Below are positions 1 to 6,340 of a DNA stretch of 13,443 nucleotides, in pieces. The translations under genes were made by a program, and so were the position numbers. The notes below the pieces were generated by a model that made no database searches, had not been told where the DNA came from, and was given only the letters and a program-made list of their open reading frames with translations. This DNA comes from Candidatus Hydrogenedentota bacterium (GTDB lineage Bacteria > Hydrogenedentota > Hydrogenedentia > Hydrogenedentales > SLHB01). The stretch lies in assembly GCA_029974275.1 (NCBI GenBank), contig JARKSN010000342.1, positions 1-13,443 of the forward strand. The letters run 5' to 3'. Position 1 is the stretch's first letter; each line of letters begins with the position of its first letter.

Positions 1-40
1 GGCGTGGAGCCGGGCGCGTTGTTCGTTAGGGCTATCGCTC

Positions 41-1402
41 TTACTCGGGACGCTTTACATCGGATTGGCTGACCCACGCCGCAACCAAGCGATCCCTGAA
101 ATTGCTGTCGCCGGTGGCGGCGCATGCCTGGCACGCGGCCAAGGCGACCATGGGATTGGAACTCTCGATGCTGGGCTGCAGGATGGTCAGCAATGTGCGC
201 ATGCCCAGGGGCGCAATGCGCTGACACACGTCCTGCTCCACTGCGGCGATGTTGCTGCGAAGCAGCCCCTGCAAGGTCGAAATCATGGCCCGATCGCCTC
301 CTTTCACGAGCGCAATCGCCATTTTCGAACGCAGGAGCAAGGTGGGTTCGTCGGGGTTGAAACGCTGTTGAAGCCGATCGCGCAAGACCCGGGCCGCGCG
401 CACGTTGCCGTCGCGCGCCAGGATCAAGGCCGCCTCGAGCTCCAGCGAGGGAACCCCAAGGATTTCGTTTTGCAACAGGCTCTCGCCCATGGGATCGTCA
501 AGGGCGTAGAGCACGCGCGCAATCCGAAAACGGGTCATTTGATCGGCGCTGTTCAATAAGGTTTTCAGTTGAGCCTTGATATCGTCGCCCCCCATCGTGG
601 ACAGGGCGAAAATGGAGGCTTCGGCCTTGTTTGCATTTAGATCGGATAAACGTTCGAGGGCCGTCGGAACGATGCCGCGGACGTCAATCCGGGCGAGCGC
701 GCGCGTAGCCGGCGCCACGTATTCGTCGGAGCGATCTTTGAACATGATCATCAGATCGTATTCGACCGCGCCGATTTGAAGCAGACCGCAGACATCGGCG
801 GCCATGGATTTGACGCGGCGGTTGCCGCTGCTGAGCGCCGAGAGGACGACGGCCTGTCCGGGATCCGGATCGCCCGCCAGGTACAAACGGAGCACGGCTT
901 GCAATGCGGTGCCGGAATCGTTGCTCTGGACCAGTTGCTTGAGATAATCCGTGGCGGCCTTGTCGCCCCCAAGAGCCATGAGGACGGCGGCCTCCATTTT
1001 GACTTCCTGCTTTTCGCTGCTGGCCTGGAATATCTCGGCGGCGCGCTCGCGCGATCGGATCACGGCCTGTTTTTGCTCGGCCGACAGGGCCCGGCCCTCG
1101 TCCAGCACGAATTTCTTGGACTCGACCGCGCCCCCTTGAATGCGCACCTCCTGCACGGCTCCCAGACGGTACGAGTTGCGTTCGCCGTCGGCGTTCAGCA
1201 CGGAGAAATAATCGCTTTCCACCCCCACCACGCGCAGGTTGGGGTCTTCCACGCCTCGTTCCTTCAGAACGACGGTTACCAAGGTGTCCTTGCCAATCAG
1301 ATCGGCGAGCGACGCCGCAGCGCCCCCTGTCACGGGCGGCATCTGACCCTGGGCTATCGTGGCCGCCAGCACTAGCATTCCCGCCCCTAGTAACGCTCGC
1401 AT
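41..1402 (-). CDS. Exported HEAT-repeat (alpha-solenoid) protein, 453 aa, with a small N-terminal beta domain; function unknown
   Basis: Part of ORF 41..1537. Start reassigned to ATG 1402, which has GGGGAGAG (1411-1418, minus) upstream and avoids overlap with the GH4 gene. N-terminus MRALLGAGMLVLAATIAQG|Q looks like a Sec signal peptide. The body has repeated HEAT-like helical units (e.g. LSSGNRRVKSMAADVCGLL, LLNSADQMTRFRIARVLYAL, IESSNPMVALAACQACAA). Confidence 0.8.
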   Translation of the reverse strand: MRALLGAGMLVLAATIAQGQMPPVTGGAAASLADLIGKDTLVTVVLKERGVEDPNLRVVGVESDYFSVLNADGERNSYRLGAVQEVRIQGGAVESKKFVLDEGRALSAEQKQAVIRSRERAAEIFQASSEKQEVKMEAAVLMALGGDKAATDYLKQLVQSNDSGTALQAVLRLYLAGDPDPGQAVVLSALSSGNRRVKSMAADVCGLLQIGAVEYDLMIMFKDRSDEYVAPATRALARIDVRGIVPTALERLSDLNANKAEASIFALSTMGGDDIKAQLKTLLNSADQMTRFRIARVLYALDDPMGESLLQNEILGVPSLELEAALILARDGNVRAARVLRDRLQQRFNPDEPTLLLRSKMAIALVKGGDRAMISTLQGLLRSNIAAVEQDVCQRIAPLGMRTLLTILQPSIESSNPMVALAACQACAATGDSNFRDRLVAAWVSQSDVKRPE

Positions 1403-1463
1403 GCGAGTTTCTCTCCCCTTTTTTCCGAACGATCCGCCCTGCGTCACACAATCCAGCCAACGG

Positions 1464-1493
1464 ATTATCCCACACCCTTCAATGCAAATCCAA
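1464..1493 (-). promoter_or_regulatory. Candidate sigma70 promoter for the HEAT-repeat gene
   Basis: Minus strand reads TTGGAT-N18-GATAAT with an extended -10 TG (TGG-GATAAT). It overlaps the GH4 stop and lies about 60 nt upstream of ATG 1402. Confidence 0.35.
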
Positions 1494-2726
1494 TTGCTCG
1501 TCCTTGATAATGCGATCGAGGAACCGCTTGGCTCCATCCAAAGACGACACCAGCGGGTTGATGGTCAACGCTTGCAAGGCGTAGTCGTACGACTTGTGCC
1601 GGACGGCCTCAACGGTCATGTGGTCGCTTTCCTTGAGACTCAAGAACAAGCCCCGAAGCAGCCGCGGACAATTGCCCATCTTGCGCGGGCGCATGCCCCC
1701 CTTGCAGACCTTCACCGGAATCTCGACGCTGCAGTTGTCGGGAAGATCGCGGATGGCGCCGTCGTTGCGCACGCACAGGACGAATTCGCGCTCGGTCTTA
1801 TCCTCAAAAGCCTTGATGAGGGGCACAATGGTTTCCTCGTACCACACCGCATTGCGGGCGCGCGTGAGATCGGGCACCTCGGCCAAGTTCTTGTCCTCGT
1901 ACAGCTTCAAGATTTGCCGTTCCGCTTCGTAGAGAACCTCCGCGCGGAACCGGCCGCATTCCTGTTGCCGCTTCAGGATCTGGTCCTGGTGAAAAAACAG
2001 GCTGACCGTTCGCGTGGGGATCATGCGAAAGAGCTGGATCAGGGCGCGGTCCACGCCGTCGTCCTCAACCGTTTCAATGCGTTCGAGCAGCCGCGACATG
2101 CAACTCCGCCCATCCATGCGGATATCCTGCACCCAGCCCATGTGGTTGAGCCCAAGGTAATCGATCGTCAGATCGCGCGGATCGCGCCGGAGCAGCGCGG
2201 ACAAGCGTTTGATGAGAATGGCGGGGAGATCGCACACGCCCACGACGGTGAGTTTCGAATACTTCGTCAACGCTTCGACGACCACCCCGAGCGGGTTCGT
2301 CAGATTGATGAGAATCGCGTTGGGGTTGAAGGCCTCGATGACCGTATTCAGATCGAACAACACGGGCAAGGTCCGCATTGCGTTGGCAAACCCGCCCGCC
2401 CCCAGGCTTTCATCGCCCAACATGCCGAGCTTCGGCGGAATTTTTTCATCGCGCAACCGGGCCTGCATGCCCCCCACCCGGATTTGGTTGATGATGTACT
2501 TGGCGCCGCTGATAGCCTGCGTAATGTCCGTCGTCCCGACGATCTTGACGGGAAGGCCGCTCCGGTCGACGAGGCGCTGGCAAAAACTGCTCACCAGGGC
2601 GAGTTTGCGCTCGGTCCGCCCGGTCAACACGATCTCCTTCACGCACAGGTTGTGCGAGATCAAAGAGAGGATGAACTCGGGAACGTAGACGCTGCTGCCG
2701 CCGAGAATGGTGATGCGATCAATCAC
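1479..2726 (-). CDS. Family 4 glycoside hydrolase (6-phospho-glucosidase-like, NAD(P)/metal-dependent fold), 415 aa, divergent active site
   Basis: GTG at 2726 with AGGAGG (2737-2742) upstream. GH4 signatures: ITILGGSSVY (Rossmann beta1), QIRVGGMQARLRDEKIP, GDESLGAGGF, NLTNP, GVCD (metal Cys165), YLGLNH (metal His195), RNDGAIRDLPDNCSVEIP, ALTINPLV. Length and motif order match BglT/ChbF-type GH4 enzymes. Confidence 0.92.
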   Translation of the reverse strand: MIDRITILGGSSVYVPEFILSLISHNLCVKEIVLTGRTERKLALVSSFCQRLVDRSGLPVKIVGTTDITQAISGAKYIINQIRVGGMQARLRDEKIPPKLGMLGDESLGAGGFANAMRTLPVLFDLNTVIEAFNPNAILINLTNPLGVVVEALTKYSKLTVVGVCDLPAILIKRLSALLRRDPRDLTIDYLGLNHMGWVQDIRMDGRSCMSRLLERIETVEDDGVDRALIQLFRMIPTRTVSLFFHQDQILKRQQECGRFRAEVLYEAERQILKLYEDKNLAEVPDLTRARNAVWYEETIVPLIKAFEDKTEREFVLCVRNDGAIRDLPDNCSVEIPVKVCKGGMRPRKMGNCPRLLRGLFLSLKESDHMTVEAVRHKSYDYALQALTINPLVSSLDGAKRFLDRIIKDEQLDLH

Positions 2727-3426
2727 GCGACGACGTCCTCCTGCGTTGGCGGCTCCAGGGCCGTCCGGCCACATACTTGGCGATTTCGACGATCGTTCCA
2801 GAAACTTCGGCGAAGGTCCGCGGCCGAGTTTCCACGTCGACGCGGCCCGATCGGATCGCGTCAATTATGCCGCCGATGCTGGGTTCGGCGTCAACCCACG
2901 AAAACGTGCTGGGCGAATAGGGAAGACGATGCGTATCCGTCGTTCCCAAAAGGGGAAGCCCATACCGGTGCGCTACCGCCGCCGCCTTTCGGTTGAAGTT
3001 CACGCCGGCAAAATGAAAAAAACAGTACTCGATCCCATCAAACAAATCGACATGCTCGATCAATTTCGCGCCGAGACTGACGGGGACCGGAAAAAACGGA
3101 TGCGGGGCGATTATCGCGGCCTCGCGTCGGCCCGCCCGCCGCAGCGAGGCGAACGTTTTGGCGCGCGCATGCTCGGGATCGGGATTGAGAATGAGAACAT
3201 GCTTTCCCTCGACCAGCGCTTCGATTGCGGGAATCAGCAACACCCCGCGCCGCCGGGCGTATTCGGCCAATCGCGGGCCATACGCCACCGCGCCGTGGCA
3301 AGCGATGGCAAGGACCTCCACGCCGGCCTCGGCGGCGCAGTCTATCATCGTTTCCGCGGAATACCCCACCGGATCATACGGATCGTCCGCGGTATGCACA
3401 TGCAGATCTGCTTTGAACCGGGCCAT
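2719..3426 (-). CDS. PHP-domain metal-dependent phosphoesterase (stand-alone PHP with C-terminal extension), 235 aa
   Basis: ATG 3426 preceded by GAGGG. PHP motifs: DLHVHT, VLAIACH, IPAIE, H, APHPF, DGIE, GTTDTH. Stop TGA (2719-2721) overlaps the GH4 start in GTGATTGA. Confidence 0.9.
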   Translation of the reverse strand: MARFKADLHVHTADDPYDPVGYSAETMIDCAAEAGVEVLAIACHGAVAYGPRLAEYARRRGVLLIPAIEALVEGKHVLILNPDPEHARAKTFASLRRAGRREAAIIAPHPFFPVPVSLGAKLIEHVDLFDGIEYCFFHFAGVNFNRKAAAVAHRYGLPLLGTTDTHRLPYSPSTFSWVDAEPSIGGIIDAIRSGRVDVETRPRTFAEVSGTIVEIAKYVAGRPWSRQRRRTSSRD

Positions 3427-3468
3427 ATCGATCGCCCTCTCGCGCACCCTGTTGAGCGACAGTAGTTG

Positions 3469-3498
3469 AGGCTAACGTCCTTCGCGATCCCAAGTCAA
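3469..3498 (-). promoter_or_regulatory. Candidate sigma70 promoter for the PHP-GH4 unit
   Basis: Minus strand reads TTGACT (3498-3493)-N18-TAGCCT (3474-3469) in the 111-bp mutS/PHP intergenic gap, about 40 nt upstream of the PHP ATG. Confidence 0.5.
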
Positions 3499-3503
3499 GC
3501 AAA

Positions 3504-3513
3504 GAAACGTTTC
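3504..3513. promoter_or_regulatory. Perfect 10-bp palindrome GAAACGTTTC, LacI/GalR-family operator-like
   Basis: Palindrome with a central CG and A/T flanks, the typical LacI-family operator core, 5 bp upstream of the putative -35. Confidence 0.4.
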
Positions 3514-3537
3514 CCCAAGCCGGACGGTCCCTGCGCG

Positions 3538-6183
3538 TCAGCGCGCGCGCGAGGCGTCGAGCAGCCGTTTGAGATGGTACACGAGTTCCTGGGCCTCGCG
3601 CGGCGAGAGCTCGTCGGGATTGATCTGATCGAGTTCCTTCTCGAAGGGGCTCGACTCCGCGAGCGGCGCCGGCCGTGCGGCGGGCGCGAACAGGTCCATC
3701 TGTTGCGGCAAGCCGAGCGCGGCGGTGTCGCCGGTCTCGAGCGCCTGCAAAATGGTCCGCGCGCGCTCGATGACGGTTTTGGGCAGCCCCGCAAGCTTGG
3801 CCACCTGAATGCCGTAGCTGTGGTCGGCTCCGCCTTCGAGAATGCGGTAGAGGAACACGACCTTGCCGGCCCATTCGCGCACCGCGACGTTGAGATTTTT
3901 CGCGTGGTCGAGTTTGTTCACGAGATTCGTGAGTTCGTGATAGTGCGTGGCGAACAGAGTCTTGGCGCGAATGCGATCGTGGATGTATTCCGCGACGGAC
4001 CACGCAATGCTGATGCCATCGAAGGTGCTCGTGCCGCGCCCTATCTCGTCGAGCACCAGCAGGCTGCGCGGCGTCGCGGTATTGAGGATGGTGGCGGTCT
4101 CGATCATCTCCACCATGAAGGTGCTCTCGCCGCGCACGAGGTTGTCCGACGCGCCCACGCGCGTGAAAATGCGATCGACCACGCCGATGCGCGCTTGGGC
4201 GGCGGGGACAAAACTTCCAATCTGCGCCATCAGCGTAATCAGCGCCACTTGCCGGAGATAAGTCGATTTGCCCGCCATGTTGGGACCGGTGATGATCTGA
4301 AGAAACGCGCCCGACGGATCGATAGCCACGTCGTTCGGCACGAAATCGCCGCGCGGCATCAGGTCCTCGACGACGGGATGGCGTCCGTCGCGCACGGCAA
4401 TCGCGTCGCCGTCGTCCACCTCGGGCTTGCAATAATTGCGCGCCGCCGCCGTGTCGGCGAACGACAGCAATGCGTCCAGCGCCGCGACGGCGTCGGCCGT
4501 GTCCTGCACGCGCTTGGCCTCGTGCGCGATGCGATCGCGCAATTCCGAAAACAAGTCGTACTCGAGCCGCTGCATCCGTTCCTGCGCGGCGACAATCTCT
4601 TCCTCGCGCGCCTTCAACGCCGGCGTCACATACCGTTCCGCGCCAACCAGGGTTTGCTTGCGCTCGTAGTCCTGCGGCACGCGCCCGGCATGCGATTTAG
4701 TTACTTCGATATAATAGCCAAATACCTTGTTGTAGCCAATTTTGATCGGGATTCCCGCGCGCGCGGACTCTTCTTTTTGCAGCGTCGCGATCCAATCCTT
4801 GCCGCCGCGCACGAGAATGTGCAGCCGGTCGAGGTCGGCGTTGTATCCGTCGCGAATGAGATTGCCTTCGAGCAACGTCGCGGGGGGCTCGTCGACGATC
4901 GCCGCGGATATCTCCTCGCGGACATCCTCCAACTCATCCATCGCTCCGTGGATCGCGCGTAGTAACGGTGCGCTCATCGCAGCGAGTTCGCCGCGCAGAC
5001 TGGGGATTGGATCCAGCGATGCGGCGAGGGCCTTGATATCGCGGGCATTTGCCGCGCGCGCCGTGATGCGCCCCATCAACCGCTCGAGATCGCCAACCGT
5101 CCTCAGCGCCTCGCGCAAACGTAGGCGCGCCTCGGTGGCGTTGAACAATTCCTCGACGGCGTCGAGGCGCGATCGAATTTCCCGCACATCGATAAGAGGA
5201 TGCAATATCCACTGGCGCAATTTTCGTGCGCCCATGCTGGTTTGCGTGCGGTCGAGCACGCTGAGGAGGGTTCCGCGCTTTCCCTTTTGCCCTGCCGTCT
5301 CGACAAGTTCAAGATTGCGCTGGGTGTTGCCATCAAGCACGACATAATGGGCGGGATTGTACCGTCGCGGCAAACGCAGATGCGGCACGGCGTCGTGTTG
5401 TGTGCTTTTGACGTAGCCCAGCACCGCCCCGGCGCACGCCAAGGCCTCCGGCGCGGTATCGAGTTCGATGCCTTTGAGCGTTGTTATCTCGAACTCGTCC
5501 AGCAACTGTTCACGCGCCTGCACGACGTTGAATTCTTCCACATCGCGCTCGACGAACGACGTCCCGTCAAACCACGCGCGGAGCCGCGCCGCAAGGTCGG
5601 CCGACGGACCCGGGGCGAACAAAACCTCCGGCGGAGCCATGCGCATCAACTCGTCCGCGATGATCCGTTCGCAGTCGCCATCGATCTGCGCAACCAAAAA
5701 TTCGCCCGTTGTGACATCGACGAAAGCAAGACCCGCCTTCGCGCCCGTCATGCAGAACGCCGCGAGATAGTTGTTGACGGCGTCCTCGAGCAACGCGGGT
5801 TCGATGACCGTGCCCGGCGTGATTGTGCGCACGACAGCCCGCTTCACGATGCCCTTGGCGTCCTTCGGATCCTCCATTTGCTCGCAGATCGTGACCGTGC
5901 GCCCGGCCTTGATGATCCGCGCGATGTACCCGTCCACGGCGCGCACGGGCACGCCCGCCATGGGCACCCGATCGTCTTTTTCCAGCCCGTCGCGCGATGT
6001 GAGCGTCAACCCGAGAAGTTGCGACGCCTCGACGGCATCCTCGAAAAACATCTCGTAAAAATCGCCCATGCGGAAAAACAACAGCGAATCGCCGCTCTCC
6101 GTCTTTGCTTCCAAATATTGACGGAGCATTGGCGTGAGCTTGCGTTGCGAGACATCCGAAAGCTTGGCCCACTGACGTGTCAT
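3538..6183 (-). CDS. mutS: DNA mismatch repair protein MutS (MutS1), about 881 aa
   Basis: TPMLRQY and FFRMGDFYEMFFEDA (mismatch-binding F-x-E), Walker A GPNMAGKST, DRIFTRVGASD, STFMVEM, Walker B DEIGRGTST, ATHYHEL, SYGIQVAKLAGLP, beta-clamp motif QMDLF, and C-terminal PDELSPREA oligomerisation motif. Start is ATG 6183; TTG 6192 is the alternative. Confidence 0.98.
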   Translation of the reverse strand: MTRQWAKLSDVSQRKLTPMLRQYLEAKTESGDSLLFFRMGDFYEMFFEDAVEASQLLGLTLTSRDGLEKDDRVPMAGVPVRAVDGYIARIIKAGRTVTICEQMEDPKDAKGIVKRAVVRTITPGTVIEPALLEDAVNNYLAAFCMTGAKAGLAFVDVTTGEFLVAQIDGDCERIIADELMRMAPPEVLFAPGPSADLAARLRAWFDGTSFVERDVEEFNVVQAREQLLDEFEITTLKGIELDTAPEALACAGAVLGYVKSTQHDAVPHLRLPRRYNPAHYVVLDGNTQRNLELVETAGQKGKRGTLLSVLDRTQTSMGARKLRQWILHPLIDVREIRSRLDAVEELFNATEARLRLREALRTVGDLERLMGRITARAANARDIKALAASLDPIPSLRGELAAMSAPLLRAIHGAMDELEDVREEISAAIVDEPPATLLEGNLIRDGYNADLDRLHILVRGGKDWIATLQKEESARAGIPIKIGYNKVFGYYIEVTKSHAGRVPQDYERKQTLVGAERYVTPALKAREEEIVAAQERMQRLEYDLFSELRDRIAHEAKRVQDTADAVAALDALLSFADTAAARNYCKPEVDDGDAIAVRDGRHPVVEDLMPRGDFVPNDVAIDPSGAFLQIITGPNMAGKSTYLRQVALITLMAQIGSFVPAAQARIGVVDRIFTRVGASDNLVRGESTFMVEMIETATILNTATPRSLLVLDEIGRGTSTFDGISIAWSVAEYIHDRIRAKTLFATHYHELTNLVNKLDHAKNLNVAVREWAGKVVFLYRILEGGADHSYGIQVAKLAGLPKTVIERARTILQALETGDTAALGLPQQMDLFAPAARPAPLAESSPFEKELDQINPDELSPREAQELVYHLKRLLDASRAR

Positions 6184-6284
6184 GACGTGCAACTGTCCGG
6201 AAAAGAACCGCAGCAGTTCCAGACCACGTCCCGAACGCCCTGCGGCGAAGCCAGTCTTCGTCTGTTTTGGGTCCGCGTGTGCAT
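6180..6284 (-). other. Putative leaderless 34-aa upstream ORF (MHTRTQNRRRLASPQGVRDVVWNCCGSFPDSCTS) overlapping the mutS start
   Basis: The A of ATG 6284 is the 7th base after TATAAT. Its TGA (6182-6180) overlaps mutS ATG (6183-6181) as ATGA. No homology evidence. Confidence 0.3.
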
Positions 6285-6290
6285 CGCGGG

Positions 6291-6299
6291 ATTATACCA
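6291..6299 (-). promoter_or_regulatory. Extended -10 promoter (TGnTATAAT) upstream of mutS
   Basis: Minus strand TGGTATAAT is a perfect extended -10 consensus in an otherwise GC-rich intergenic region, about 108 nt upstream of mutS. The -35 is weak (TAGCCG at 17 bp). Confidence 0.7.
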
Positions 6300-6340
6300 G
6301 CTTGCGCCCGACGCGGCTAGGGAATGGCCGTCCACGATCG

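Noticed and set aside
1403..1537. ORF-track N-terminal extensions (starts at 1537, 2864, 3447, 8440, 13341)
   Set aside because: In each case a downstream start has a clear SD and begins at the family-typical N-terminus or signal peptide; the extensions overlap neighbours or likely regulatory regions.
1359..2996. 545-aa plus-strand ORF
   Set aside because: Antisense to the GH4 and PHP genes with no recognisable motif; a typical shadow ORF of GC-rich coding DNA.
3017..3023. A7 homopolymer in the PHP gene as a phase-variation tract
   Set aside because: Too short, simply encodes Cys-Phe-Phe codons, and the frame is intact.
3541..3551. Alternating GCGCGCGCGCG run at the mutS 3' end
   Set aside because: Short, encodes the terminal S-R-A-R codons, and similar runs occur elsewhere in this GC-rich window.
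3538..6183. mutS without adjacent mutL as a novelty
   Set aside because: mutS and mutL are unlinked in many bacteria, and all MutS1 motifs here are canonical.
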